From an uncultured Verrucomicrobiota bacterium (GTDB lineage Bacteria; Verrucomicrobiota; Verrucomicrobiia; JABWAM01): a DNA stretch of 64,000 bases. Positions 36,376-46,458 of this stretch are shown here, one piece after another. Location: assembly GCA_964475835.1 (NCBI GenBank), contig CAYYYL010000003.1, positions 69,264 to 133,263 on the forward strand, read 5' to 3'. Position 1 is the stretch's first letter. Every line of letters starts with the position of its first letter. A program made the translations under genes and the position numbers. The notes under the pieces were generated by a model. The model was not told the origin of the DNA. It was given only the letters and a program-made list of their open reading frames with translations, and did not search any database.

Positions 36376-38475
36376 ATGCAACTCCTCACCGCTCGAAAAG
36401 GCAGCGTCGAAATCGTTGAGGCTCCGGATCCGGTCCCGGCAGAACATGAAGTCCTCATTCAAACTGTCTTCTCCGCGGTCAGCACCGGCACTGAAATGGC
36501 CGCAGTTTCGGGTCAAAGCGTGTCTTTTTTTTCCCTGCTTCGCCGGGGCATTCACTCCTGGGACAAGGTCCGGCGCTCCCTGGCCCGGCGGGGTCTGAAG
36601 CAGACTCTCGCCAAGGTCGAAGCAGCCGTCGAAAATCCGCTCACCCTCGGTTATTCCCTCACAGGACGCGTGGTCGGCCTGGGCCGCGGCGTGGAGGATT
36701 TCCAGGTGGGCGATTGGGTCGTTGCCGTGGGACCCCATGCCTCACACGCGACTTTCGTGACGGTCCCTCGCTTGATGTGCGCCCCCCTCTCCAAACCCGA
36801 ATGGGCCATCGACGCTTCCACAGCGGCACTCGCCTGCGTGGGCATTCATGCCCTGCACCGCGCTCAACTCAGCGCTGGAAGCGAAGTTGCCGTCTTCGGA
36901 CTCGGTTTGATCGGTCAGTTCACCGTCCAGGCCCTCCGGGCCATCGGCTGTCGAGTGATCGCTTTTGATCCCATCGAATCCCGGCGCAATGACGCCGCCC
37001 AGGCAGGAGCGGAAACCTACGATCCCCTTGGTTTCGATTTCGAGGAAGCCGAGCGCATCGCCTCCCACGGAGAAGGGCTGGATTCTGTTTTCCTCTGCGC
37101 CAAAACCGATGCTCCGGATCTTCTTCGCAAAGCCACCGCCCTCTGCAGAAAACGTGCGAAACTCGTCGTCGTTGGGGAATTTCCCATCTCGCTGCCCCGC
37201 GAACTCGCGTATGGAAAGGAGATCGAACTCTGCGTCTCCGCCGCTTACGGAGACGGCCGTTACGATCCCGCCTACGAACAACTTGATCAGGACTATCCTC
37301 TTGCCCAGGCCCGCTGGACCGTCCGCCGAAACCTCGACCTCTTCCTTCGCTGGCTCGATGAAGGCCGCATGTCGGTCTCCTCCTTCCGTCCGCAGATCCA
37401 TCCATTCGACAATGCTCCCGAAGTGTACCGCCAGCTTGCTTCAAGTCCCACCCTGCTCACGGTATTTCAATATCCGGAGCAAAAGCTACCTCACCTGACC
37501 CTCGAACTATCACCCCGCTCCGTCACACGCGCGGCCGCCATCCCCCTCGCTGTGGTCGGCCTCGGGCGGTTCGCCACGGAAATCCATCTTCCCCACCTTG
37601 CCCAAGCCGCAGATAAGTTCGAGATTCACACCCTTGTTGGAAGACGCCCTGCAAAAATCGCGGCCCTCGCTCGCAAATTTCACGCAAACCGCGCCACCAG
37701 CGATTTGCAGGAAGCGCTGGGGGATTCCTCGGTGGCAGCCGTCCTCATCGCCACCCCGCATAACACCCATGCTGATCAGGTGATCGCGTCCCTTGAGGCG
37801 CGAAAGCATGTTTACGTGGAAAAGCCCCTCTGCATCTCGGTGGATGAGTTGGACCGCATCGAAGCAACCCTCCAAAAAGCGCAGGAAACGCCCACCTTCA
37901 CCCCTGTCCTTTTCGTCGGTTTCAATCGTCGATTTGCCCCGGTCTCCTACAAACTTTTTGAAGAACGCATCAAGGGCCACCAACCGCTCGACATTCATTA
38001 CGAGTTTCACGCCCCCCCATTGCCCCGGGGGGATTGGTATGATCGCCCCGAACAGGGCGGCCGCTTCATCGGCGAGGTCTGTCACGCGATCGACTGGATT
38101 CTTTGGCTCGCGGGAAGCCCCCTTCAGGATGTGATGCCCGTCGTCAGCCCCAACGGTGCCGATGTCTTCTTCCGATTTGAGGATTCCAGTCGCGCACACC
38201 TTCATTTCAAGAAAGTCGCTCAACTGCGGGGCCCCAAGGAAAGGGTCACCGTAACCTGGGGACCCACCGAATGGGTGATTGAAGACTTCGCACATCTGAA
38301 GATTTTTAACGCCGACCGCCTCAAGCACAAAGAAGCATGGAAATCCAAAGGCCACCGGGAAGCGCTGGACGCATTCGCCGGCGCCATCGCACAAAATAAA
38401 ACTGGCGACGACCCCTTCCGTTTTCTCGCCAGCATGCACCTCACCCTGGAACTCGACCGGGCCCTACGTTCGTAA
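36376..38475 (+). CDS. Bi-domain oxidoreductase: N-terminal zinc-type alcohol dehydrogenase-like domain fused to C-terminal Gfo/Idh/MocA NAD(P)-binding oxidoreductase
   Basis: N-terminal half is MDR/ADH-like (GSEVAVFGLGLIGQFTVQ). The second half has a Gfo/Idh/MocA Rossmann start (LAVVGLGRFATEIHLP…ATPHNTHAD). Confidence 0.8.
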   Translation: MQLLTARKGSVEIVEAPDPVPAEHEVLIQTVFSAVSTGTEMAAVSGQSVSFFSLLRRGIHSWDKVRRSLARRGLKQTLAKVEAAVENPLTLGYSLTGRVVGLGRGVEDFQVGDWVVAVGPHASHATFVTVPRLMCAPLSKPEWAIDASTAALACVGIHALHRAQLSAGSEVAVFGLGLIGQFTVQALRAIGCRVIAFDPIESRRNDAAQAGAETYDPLGFDFEEAERIASHGEGLDSVFLCAKTDAPDLLRKATALCRKRAKLVVVGEFPISLPRELAYGKEIELCVSAAYGDGRYDPAYEQLDQDYPLAQARWTVRRNLDLFLRWLDEGRMSVSSFRPQIHPFDNAPEVYRQLASSPTLLTVFQYPEQKLPHLTLELSPRSVTRAAAIPLAVVGLGRFATEIHLPHLAQAADKFEIHTLVGRRPAKIAALARKFHANRATSDLQEALGDSSVAAVLIATPHNTHADQVIASLEARKHVYVEKPLCISVDELDRIEATLQKAQETPTFTPVLFVGFNRRFAPVSYKLFEERIKGHQPLDIHYEFHAPPLPRGDWYDRPEQGGRFIGEVCHAIDWILWLAGSPLQDVMPVVSPNGADVFFRFEDSSRAHLHFKKVAQLRGPKERVTVTWGPTEWVIEDFAHLKIFNADRLKHKEAWKSKGHREALDAFAGAIAQNKTGDDPFRFLASMHLTLELDRALRS

Positions 38476-38479
38476 CTTG

Positions 38480-38905
38480 TCACCGTCGCAGCAGGAAAAG
38501 TCCCGCAATCGCAAGGCCCACCCCCAGCAATCGTTGCCAGGAGGCGGGCTCGTGGAAAAAGACCATGCCCGCGATCGTCATGATCGCCGCACCCCCTGCG
38601 AGGATGACGGGCACCGATGAGAGCGGTCCTCCCTGTTGAAAAAGCAGGAAAAACGCAACCGTCCCTGCCCCCACACAAATCCCCGTGAGCATGGAATACC
38701 AGAATCCCTCCATGGTGAATTTCTGACTGTAGCGCCCGGAAACCAGAAGAAATATGAGATAAAGCAGGATGGTCAACGCGGCAGTCGCTTCAACGACAAA
38801 CCCTCCAACCCCGTCTCCAATATGTTCCGAAGCCAACCGGGTGAAAATCTGATGCGCGCCGTAAAGCACAGCCGCAACCACCGCATACCAGAACCAGGGT
38901 GCCAT
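38480..38905 (-). CDS. Small DMT/EamA-family membrane protein
   Basis: 141 aa, four hydrophobic helices, EamA-like. Confidence 0.55.
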   Translation of the reverse strand: MAPWFWYAVVAAVLYGAHQIFTRLASEHIGDGVGGFVVEATAALTILLYLIFLLVSGRYSQKFTMEGFWYSMLTGICVGAGTVAFFLLFQQGGPLSSVPVILAGGAAIMTIAGMVFFHEPASWQRLLGVGLAIAGLFLLRR

Positions 38906-38937
38906 AAACCTGTTTCAAATATTTTTTTTAAAGATCC

Positions 38938-39010
38938 ATGGAGGGCGACGTTCCGTCGTCGCCGTTTCCCCATGAAGTTGGCGACGACATAGCGTCGCCC
39001 TCCATTTTTT
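38938..39010. repeat. GC-rich nested palindromic repeat element, copy B (complete, followed by T6)
   Basis: ATGGAGGGCGACGTTCCGTCGTCGCC - 16-nt loop - GGCGACGACATAGCGTCGCCCTCCAT - TTTTTT. Each arm is itself a 7-bp hairpin (GGCGACG…CGTCGCC). Confidence 0.85.
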
Positions 39011-39058
39011 CAAAACAAATCGTTTTTGGTTACAGATTTTCCCACCGTTTCCTAGCAC

Positions 39059-39904
39059 TCACACATTGTGAACCACTCCCCAGTGAATATCGAGACGCTT
39101 TCGAAGACAGAGTTGGATGGCACGGACAAGGGTTTTGGCCTCAAGTCGTTGTCCGGCTTTCACAATGTCCTTTAATGTCGAATCCGGCTTCACCCGGAAC
39201 GAATCCTGACAGATGATCGGGCCTTCATCCAGATCCATGGTCACAATGTGCGCGCTCACCCCCACAATCTTCACCCCCCGCTCATAAGCCTGTCGATAGG
39301 CCGAAGCTCCTGGAAACGCGGGAAGAAGGGACGGGTGGATGTTGATAATCTTGTTTTTGTAGCGCCAGACAAAATTGGGTGAGAGGATCTTCATGAATCG
39401 CGCGAGCACGATCCAGTCGATCGCGTGTTCCTCGAGGGCGGATAATATTGTCTTCTCCGCCTTTTCCCGATCCGCGTAGTCTGCATGGAGGAATGGAGCC
39501 CCCGCAAGACGCGCCAGCGGTTGAAGGGGTTTGTGATTACCCACCACAAGCCCGATTTCGGCGGGAATTTTCCGACTCCGGACTGCTTTCACCACCGCCT
39601 CGGGACACTCCGGCTCACGGGTTACGAAAAGGGCCATTCGCTGCTTCGCATGACGTTCAAGAAAGCGGATGCGAATCTCCATCCCCAGATCCTGTCCCAG
39701 ACGGCGGAGACGAGCTTCCAGGGCTGCACGGTCCAGTTTTGCCGAAGGCCAGGACGCCTGAAGCGTCATGTTAAACTGTCCCCGCATCACCTGCTGTTCG
39801 ATTTCCTCGATGTTCGCTCCGCTTTGGAATAGATCCTGGGTGACGCGCGCCACAACTCCCGTACGATCACGTCCGATCACACTAATGTTGGCGAGTGATT
39901 TCAT
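39059..39904 (-). CDS. purU: Formyltetrahydrofolate deformylase
   Basis: N-terminal ACT domain (ISVIGRDRTGVVARVTQ). C-terminal formyltransferase domain. 281 aa. Confidence 0.9.
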   Translation of the reverse strand: MKSLANISVIGRDRTGVVARVTQDLFQSGANIEEIEQQVMRGQFNMTLQASWPSAKLDRAALEARLRRLGQDLGMEIRIRFLERHAKQRMALFVTREPECPEAVVKAVRSRKIPAEIGLVVGNHKPLQPLARLAGAPFLHADYADREKAEKTILSALEEHAIDWIVLARFMKILSPNFVWRYKNKIINIHPSLLPAFPGASAYRQAYERGVKIVGVSAHIVTMDLDEGPIICQDSFRVKPDSTLKDIVKAGQRLEAKTLVRAIQLCLRKRLDIHWGVVHNV

Positions 39905-39966
39905 TCACAAACAAGAATTCAGGAGTCAGGAGCCGGAATCCAGAAGGAAAATAAAAATTTCCCCCA

Positions 39967-40440
39967 TCAGAATGGCGGCTTCCATGTCAGAAGCTCCGGC
40001 CACTGATTCAGAGCTGCGTGCATGAGCAGACAAGAATAAACACCGGCGGCCAAATCGTCCATCATGATCCCCCACCCTCCGGACAGTTTTTCAAGACGAT
40101 GACACGGCCAGATCTTGAGGGTATCCATCAAACGATTCAGAAAAAAACCCAGGATCATCGTTCCCCACGACACGGGGATAAGAAACATCGTGATGGGAAA
40201 CGCCACGATTTCGTCGATTACAATCTGGCCCGGATCCTTTTTCTCAAAATCCTTCTCCGCCACCGCTGCGAGATGGACTCCCGCAAGACCCAGCAAGATC
40301 ACCACCAGAACATAGAGGACTGGATGCAGCGGTTGCATCATCCAGCAAAGAAGCATTCCGGGAAAGGTTCCCCAGCTCCCCGGTCCTATCGGCAGGTAAC
40401 CCGTGCCAAAACCCGTCGCAATGAATTTTTTCCAGTTCAA
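39967..40440 (-). CDS. pgpA: Phosphatidylglycerophosphatase A
   Basis: GFGTGYLPIGPGSWGTFPGMLL, 157 aa. Confidence 0.85.
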   Translation of the reverse strand: MNWKKFIATGFGTGYLPIGPGSWGTFPGMLLCWMMQPLHPVLYVLVVILLGLAGVHLAAVAEKDFEKKDPGQIVIDEIVAFPITMFLIPVSWGTMILGFFLNRLMDTLKIWPCHRLEKLSGGWGIMMDDLAAGVYSCLLMHAALNQWPELLTWKPPF

Positions 40441-40454
40441 GATCTTTCAGGCTG

Positions 40455-40520
40455 ATGGAGGGCGACGCTCCGTCGTCGCTTTTACCTTGAATGTGGCGAC
40501 GACGGAGCGTCGCCTTCCAT
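40455..40520. repeat. GC-rich nested palindromic repeat element, copy C, between pgpA and tRNA-Pro
   Basis: ATGGAGGGCGACGCTCCGTCGTCGC - 16-nt loop - GCGACGACGGAGCGTCGCCTTCCAT. Confidence 0.85.
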
Positions 40521-40554
40521 TCTCCGCGCCTCCGCGGTGAATATTCCCTCCGAA

Positions 40555-40631
40555 TGGTCGGGCCGGCGAGATTCGAACTCGCGACCTTCTGCGCCCAAGG
40601 CAGACGCGCTACCAAGCTGCGCTACGGCCCG
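40555..40631 (-). tRNA. tRNA-Pro (anticodon UGG)
   Basis: Hand-folded. Acceptor CGGGCCG/CGGCCCG, D-stem GCGC/GCGC, anticodon stem TCTGC/GCAGA with loop CTTGGGC (UGG), T-arm GTCGCGAGTTCGAATCTCGCC, discriminator A, encoded CCA. Confidence 0.85.
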
Positions 40632-40662
40632 ATTCGACGGAGGACTTTCCTTCGCTCACAAG

Positions 40663-41547
40663 ATGGCATATAAACCCCCTGTGTCGAAAAACGATATCGT
40701 CCACACGCACCCGGTTCAATCCCGAAATCTCCCCTTTCGCCTCTTCCGTTTCAGAGGGGTCATCCCCCTTTTCCTGCTTTTCCTTTCCCGCCTGCCCGTC
40801 GTTGCCATCAACGATTTTCAAACGGACAATCCCAAGCTCATCATTGAACTCGATGGCGCCCGGATGCGCGAAATCAGCGGCGAATCCCGGGAAACCGTCT
40901 TTCAAGGTCAGACATGGATTCGCAACTACCATCAGGACTGGCAGTGGAAATTCGAACGCATCCGGCGAAACATTCACATGACGCTTGTCCCCACGGAGCG
41001 CCAGATCAATGTATCCGGCATCCCTGCGGAAGGCCTGTGGACGTGGAATCAGTTCAACAACGAAGAAGGATCCCTCACGCTGGGCATCATCGGCCACATG
41101 TACGTGAACCTTAACAGCACCTACATCTCCCAACAGGCCCTGGTCGCCCACGAAGCCAGCCACGCTTTCCTGTTGGCCTACTGTCCCAAACTGCTTGAAA
41201 CGGGGGCAGACTACCGGTGTTTCAATGAAGGACTGGCCGAACTCTTCGCCCTCGATTATGAAAAGGATCCCTGGCGCCACTGGCATGAAGCCGTCGCGGC
41301 CCAGAAGCACAACGAGCCATACGACGACACGCAACTCTCCTCCTTTGCCCAGAGGTTGATCCATGTGCTCAATGGCAAACCCCAATGCTCCCATGATCTG
41401 GGCTTCTTTTTTCTTCTCGTCGTCCGTCACGGCAAAGTAGATCTCGAAAAGGATCTAAAGGAATGCACCAACACCTTCATCCGAACCGAGATCGAGAAAT
41501 GGCTCGAGGAAAACGGATCATCCTACGATCTGCCGATAGTGAAATAG
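40663..41547 (+). CDS. Exported HExxH…EG-motif (gluzincin-like) protein of unknown function
   Basis: Start moved to the internal ATG, because the ORF's N-terminal extension runs across the tRNA-Pro gene. Hydrophobic leader (VIPLFLLFLSRLPVVA). ALVAHEASHAF followed by NEGLAELFA. Confidence 0.5.
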   Translation: MAYKPPVSKNDIVHTHPVQSRNLPFRLFRFRGVIPLFLLFLSRLPVVAINDFQTDNPKLIIELDGARMREISGESRETVFQGQTWIRNYHQDWQWKFERIRRNIHMTLVPTERQINVSGIPAEGLWTWNQFNNEEGSLTLGIIGHMYVNLNSTYISQQALVAHEASHAFLLAYCPKLLETGADYRCFNEGLAELFALDYEKDPWRHWHEAVAAQKHNEPYDDTQLSSFAQRLIHVLNGKPQCSHDLGFFFLLVVRHGKVDLEKDLKECTNTFIRTEIEKWLEENGSSYDLPIVK

Positions 41548-41685
41548 TTGTAAGTTGAGAGATGAGAGTTGAGAGCCCTCGGAAAACAGGCCTTTTCAAC
41601 TACTACTGGACGTCATCCAATTTCGTTGAGAACCAAAACCATTGTCATTCGGAAAATCTCTCAACTCTCATCATTCAACCCTCAA

Positions 41686-43665
41686 CTAGGGATACACATC
41701 CACTTCGACTTCCTGATAGGCCGACCTCGAAAGTTCCTGCAGGAATCGTGACTTCTTCTGGAATGCGTCGCCAAAATCGCCGCTGAGTTTGATCTGGGGC
41801 TGGAGCAGGTAGAGTTCATCCTTCGCACGGGTCACCGCCACATAAAACAACCGCCGTTCCTCCTCCTCTCCCTCGACACTCTCCAGGGCGCGCGAGTTGG
41901 GGAAGGATCCCTCGGTCAACCAGAGCACAAACACGACTGCGAACTCCTGTCCCTTCGCCTGATGAACCGTGCTGAGTCGCACAGCCTCCTCGTCCCGGAC
42001 GTCGGGCCCGGAATCCTCGGCCTCGACATTCGTCATCAGGGCAAGTTCCGCAAGTAAATCCTCCGTTTTCTCAAAGCGTGAGGCATAGTTTGCGAGTTGT
42101 TCCACATCCTCCTTGCGGGAGGAGTAGTTGTCGAAGCGTGCCTTCAAATAGTCGTCATAACCAGCCTCCAGAACAATGCGTATCATCTCACCCGGTGAAC
42201 GGAGCACCTCCGGGACACGCAGCTGCTTGAGCGTTTCTGCAAACTGAGCCCACTCCTTCTGGGCAAGCTTCGGAACCTGATTCGTCAGCGAGGCAAAGTC
42301 CACACTCTCCTCCATCCTGAGGAGCTCAGCTTCTCCGGTCGCCTGGTTTGCCACCGCAAGCGCCGAGACCTTCTGCCAGAGTTTCACCGCCGTGACATTT
42401 CCGATCTTGGGCATCATCAACGCGATGCGCTTGAACGCCAACTCGTCCTTCAAATTCGTCGCGAGTTTCAAGTACGCGGCGACATCCTTGATGTGCGCCT
42501 GTTCAAAAAACCGGAGACCACTGGTGATGAAAAACGGGATATTCCGCCGCGTCAGCTCCATCTGAACCTCCATGGAGTGATAGTGCGAACGATAAAGGAC
42601 CGCCATCTCATTGAGAGGAATGCCCTGATCCCGGAGTTCAAGCATCTGCGTGGCCACAAAGACTGCCTGCTCGGATCCATTTAGAACCGGGACGACCTGC
42701 GGCTTCAATCCATCACTGCGCGTGGCCTGCAGAGTCTTTTCGAACTGGTTCACATTTGAGCGAATCGTCTCATTGGCGAGTCCGAGAATTTGCGGCGTAC
42801 TGCGATAATTCTGCTCGATCTTGAATACCCGCGCCTTCGGATACCGTTTGGGAAATTCCATGATGTTTCGGAAATTCGCCCCACGCCAGCTGTAGATGCT
42901 CTGCGCGTCGTCCCCCACGACCATGACATTTTGATGCCGCGCGGCAAAGTGGTCGATGATGTCCGACTGGACGCGATTCGTATCCTGATACTCGTCCACA
43001 AGAATGGAAAGGAATTGTCTGCCATAGACCTCCGCGATTTCCGGATTCCCCCGGAGAAGCGCCAGTAAATTGGAAAGCAGATCGTCGTAGTCCATCACGT
43101 TCGCCTGCCTTTTGCGTTGCACGTAAAGTTTTTTGACTTCGATGACCTGCTCCGTGACATCCGCGAAATAACTGTAATTGGATTTGATGATATCGGCGAT
43201 GGCCCTCTCCGTATTCACTGCAAGGCTGAACACCTCGATCAACACATCCGCCTTGGGAAAACGCCGTTCCTTGATGTTGATTCCCGCTTCGGGAATGCAA
43301 GCGTTGATCAGATCCTTGCAGTCCTCGCGATCCAGAATGGCGTAGGAGGAGTCGTATCCGAGAACCTTCGCATGACGACGGAGAATCCGATTGGCGATGG
43401 AATGAAAGGTCCCTCCCCAGATTTTAGAGGAATCCAGGGGGAGGACATTTCCGACGCGATGAAGCATCTCACGCGCCGCCTTGTTGGTGAAAGTAAGTAG
43501 GAGGAGACGGTCGGGAGGAAGGCCGTTTTCGATCAGGTACGCCACCCGGTAGGTCAGAGTACGTGTTTTCCCGCTTCCCGCCCCAGCAATCACCAGAATC
43601 GGCCCCGGATCCGCCTTCACCGCCAAAAGCTGCTGCGGATTCAGCTCCTTTTCATAATCAATCAT
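41686..43665 (-). CDS. ATP-dependent DNA helicase, UvrD/PcrA/Rep family
   Basis: Walker A ILVIAGAGSGKTRTLTYRVAYLI. Helicase motifs (LLTFTNKAAREM, VDEYQDTN, …). 659 aa. Confidence 0.9.
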   Translation of the reverse strand: MIDYEKELNPQQLLAVKADPGPILVIAGAGSGKTRTLTYRVAYLIENGLPPDRLLLLTFTNKAAREMLHRVGNVLPLDSSKIWGGTFHSIANRILRRHAKVLGYDSSYAILDREDCKDLINACIPEAGINIKERRFPKADVLIEVFSLAVNTERAIADIIKSNYSYFADVTEQVIEVKKLYVQRKRQANVMDYDDLLSNLLALLRGNPEIAEVYGRQFLSILVDEYQDTNRVQSDIIDHFAARHQNVMVVGDDAQSIYSWRGANFRNIMEFPKRYPKARVFKIEQNYRSTPQILGLANETIRSNVNQFEKTLQATRSDGLKPQVVPVLNGSEQAVFVATQMLELRDQGIPLNEMAVLYRSHYHSMEVQMELTRRNIPFFITSGLRFFEQAHIKDVAAYLKLATNLKDELAFKRIALMMPKIGNVTAVKLWQKVSALAVANQATGEAELLRMEESVDFASLTNQVPKLAQKEWAQFAETLKQLRVPEVLRSPGEMIRIVLEAGYDDYLKARFDNYSSRKEDVEQLANYASRFEKTEDLLAELALMTNVEAEDSGPDVRDEEAVRLSTVHQAKGQEFAVVFVLWLTEGSFPNSRALESVEGEEEERRLFYVAVTRAKDELYLLQPQIKLSGDFGDAFQKKSRFLQELSRSAYQEVEVDVYP

Positions 43666-43706
43666 CTACCCAAAGTGGCAGATCCCTCCCACGAATTCAC
43701 GCGATT

Positions 43707-45314
43707 TCAGTGAATCATGAGCAGAAGCTGGGCAAGAAGCACCTTCAGCACCATTGAAAGCGGGTAGACCGAAGCATAGGCAAGGGTCAGGGGACCACTT
43801 GGCAGCCTTGCCGTGGCAAAGGTGAGCGCGGCTGGTTGTGTCTGAAAGCCCGCCCCGACTCCCAACCGGGTGCCCACATGCCTCTGATGAAAAAGTTTCA
43901 AAAGGAATGTCAGCACCAGATGACTGATCAGGGTGAGAGACACCCCAAAGGTGATGAGAAACATTCCACTACTCTGAATCAGAGCCCCCACGTTGGCCCC
44001 GGCTTTGACTCCCGCCCCCGCCAGAAAGAGCAGGATGCCGAAATGCCGGATCGTCAGATTCACCGTCATCGGGATATTCCACACCACCGGACCCGACCTT
44101 CCAATCCATCCAAGAATCAACGCCACAATCAAGGGTCCCCCAGCGATTCCAAGCTGCAACGGTTGTTTCAAACCCGGAATCGACCACGCCACCTGACCGA
44201 GGAGCAATCCAAGAAAAATGCCAATCGCAAAGCTGAAATATCCAGTTTCGCTGATAACTTTCAGAGAATTACCAAAAAGCTTGCGAATCTCAGGTTCCTT
44301 TTCGTTGTAGGACACCACACGCACACGATCTCCGAGATGAAGGACCGTATCATCGCTGACAGGAAGATCGACATCCCCGCGCCGCAACCGGTTGATGACA
44401 GCTCCATAACGTTTCAAATCGAGGTCACGAAGCTTCCGTCCGGCAAGCTTCTCATTCGAGACGAAATAGCGGTGCACCTCGAATCCCTTGAGCGATTTAT
44501 GCAAGGGTTCGGGCGCAAGTCGTCCAAGAACCGAAAGACCCTTGCTCAACTGAAGAGCGTCCCCGGTGGCCACCACCCATACTCCCACGGGCAACTCCAT
44601 CTCATCCGAGACAAGTTTGATTGTCCCATCGGAAAAGCGGCATCGACTAAGGACAAGCCCCGTCTCCTCCATCACCCGACCCACTGTCCAGGGACGTTTT
44701 CCATCAAGATGCTGAATCTCTATCGTCTGGCGATCCGGCAAAAACGAACTGGACACCTTTTCCTCCTCCCCCTTGCGTGCCCGAGCCATTTGCGTTTGGA
44801 AAAAGAGCAGCACAGCAAAAACTGCAAAGGGGTAGACCACACCGTATCCTCCCACCGCGCTCGAAGCCTGCCCTCCATTCCTGCCAATCCATTCGGAGAC
44901 CGCTCCCAGGGCAGGCGTGTTTGTCAGCGCTCCACAAAAAAGCCCCGCCATGATCTCCTTCGGTTGATCCCAGATCTGCATGGCCAGCAGGGTAATTCCA
45001 AATGCCAGAAGCAGCGTCAATAACACCGCCAGATTACACTTCAACCCTTCACTTTTAAACGATTGGAAAAATCCCGGTGCCGCCTCGAGCCCGACACAAT
45101 AGACAAACAAGACAAGTCCCAGCGTCTGAATCTCCTCCGGAAGAATCATCCCCTTACTCCAGGCTCCAAGCGCCATCCCCACAAACAAAACTGCGGCAAT
45201 ACCGAAACGAAACCTTCCGGGAAGGCGTATTTCCCCAAGGACATAGCCCAGGGCAATAATGGCGAAGAGACGTGCGAGAACCGAATGTTCAAGAATAAGT
45301 TGAAACCAATGCAT
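43707..45314 (-). CDS. YidE/YbjL-family (AAE) transporter with two central TrkA-C (RCK_C) domains
   Basis: Two hydrophobic transporter halves flanking a soluble region with two RCK_C-like repeats (…LHLGDRVRVV…, …VATGDALQL…). Confidence 0.75.
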   Translation of the reverse strand: MHWFQLILEHSVLARLFAIIALGYVLGEIRLPGRFRFGIAAVLFVGMALGAWSKGMILPEEIQTLGLVLFVYCVGLEAAPGFFQSFKSEGLKCNLAVLLTLLLAFGITLLAMQIWDQPKEIMAGLFCGALTNTPALGAVSEWIGRNGGQASSAVGGYGVVYPFAVFAVLLFFQTQMARARKGEEEKVSSSFLPDRQTIEIQHLDGKRPWTVGRVMEETGLVLSRCRFSDGTIKLVSDEMELPVGVWVVATGDALQLSKGLSVLGRLAPEPLHKSLKGFEVHRYFVSNEKLAGRKLRDLDLKRYGAVINRLRRGDVDLPVSDDTVLHLGDRVRVVSYNEKEPEIRKLFGNSLKVISETGYFSFAIGIFLGLLLGQVAWSIPGLKQPLQLGIAGGPLIVALILGWIGRSGPVVWNIPMTVNLTIRHFGILLFLAGAGVKAGANVGALIQSSGMFLITFGVSLTLISHLVLTFLLKLFHQRHVGTRLGVGAGFQTQPAALTFATARLPSGPLTLAYASVYPLSMVLKVLLAQLLLMIH

Positions 45315-45410
45315 AATTCACCAGTTTGAATCGTCACCACGATCTGGTCAATGAATCATCACAAGCTATTAGCTGCGCATAACCTCACGACAGCCAGACT
45401 AATACCCCTC

Positions 45411-46394
45411 CTAGCTTGCGTGCGATCCCGACTCGACTTTTAACGACCGGCGATAGTCCGTCGGGGAAAGCCCCTGGATCTTGCGAAACACCCGATTGAA
45501 ATGGGTCAGTGACTGAAACCCGACATCATAAGCAATCTCGCTCACACGAAGATTGGGATTGAGAAGAAGGTTTTTGGCCTTTTCGATCCGCACCCGGGAG
45601 AGGTACTCGGTAAAATTAAGCCCTGTCGCCTTCTTGAACATCTTGCAGAAATAGAAGGTGCTGACATTCACGGCCCTGGCCACATCCGCAAGGGAAAGGT
45701 CCTCCGATTTCTTTTCCTGAATATATTGCCTGGCCTTGGTCACCATTGGAGGCTCAGAATTCTCCCGCTGGATCACAATCTGGTTGGCCACCATCGATAG
45801 ATGTTGGGAGAAAATACTCAGCAGTCGAACCATCGATTCATACTGCCCCTTGGTGAGGACCCGGGATTGAAAATATGTTTCTTCAAGCTTTTTTAAATCA
45901 ATCTGGATCCCCCAGTCGACCAGTTGCTTGGCCATCTTATTGAACTTGGCTTTCGTTGGTTTGTTGACCGCCACCTGCCCGGTCTGCAGAAATCCCACCA
46001 GATCATTCCCCACGCGCAGGGGAACCGTGGTGTCGCACAACCCCGCAAAACAAACAACGGTCTTCGGCCCATCCGCATTCGGGTCGGAGATCTGTTGCTG
46101 CGTTTCCAGACAGGCAACACATGTCCGGTTCGTCCCCGCCATCAAGGCACAAAAAGGATTCTCGAACTTTTTGCCCCGATGGGCCATGTTCCAAACCTGA
46201 ACGGAACGAAGCGACAACGGCATCCCGGTGGCTTCGTTAAATGCCCGTTCGTAATCTTCAAAAATTTTCGACCGGGAAAGTTCCTGGATCAATTTTTTTT
46301 CAGAGATGGCTGCCACACCTTTTTTGTGAATCAGTTTAACGCAAATTGCAATATATCTTGAAACTTGGAACAAAATACAAATCTGATCCGCCAA
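45411..46394 (-). CDS. AraC-family transcriptional regulator with N-terminal PocR-like sensory domain
   Basis: C-terminal AraC HTH (…VSEIAYDVGFQSLTHFNRVFRK…). N-terminal domain with NPFC…C..C pattern, as in PocR sensor domains. Confidence 0.8.
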   Translation of the reverse strand: MADQICILFQVSRYIAICVKLIHKKGVAAISEKKLIQELSRSKIFEDYERAFNEATGMPLSLRSVQVWNMAHRGKKFENPFCALMAGTNRTCVACLETQQQISDPNADGPKTVVCFAGLCDTTVPLRVGNDLVGFLQTGQVAVNKPTKAKFNKMAKQLVDWGIQIDLKKLEETYFQSRVLTKGQYESMVRLLSIFSQHLSMVANQIVIQRENSEPPMVTKARQYIQEKKSEDLSLADVARAVNVSTFYFCKMFKKATGLNFTEYLSRVRIEKAKNLLLNPNLRVSEIAYDVGFQSLTHFNRVFRKIQGLSPTDYRRSLKVESGSHAS

Positions 46395-46458
46395 CCCATG
46401 GTGAGTCCCCCACCGTCCCCCCCCTTAACGTGGGATCATTCAAACAAACGTTGATTTT

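Noticed and set aside
38938-39216. ORF 38938-39216(+) (MEGDVPSSPFPHEV…) and the similar ATGGAGGGCGAC-initiated reading frames
   Set aside because: These begin inside the palindromic repeat element and read through intergenic DNA and antisense purU. The ATG is part of the repeat consensus, not a gene start.
40537-40662. N-terminal 42 codons of ORF 40537-41547 running across tRNA-Pro
   Set aside because: The extension overlaps the tRNA gene on the opposite strand and the palindromic repeat, and begins at an alternative start. The first ATG after the tRNA (40663) gives a sensible hydrophobic leader.
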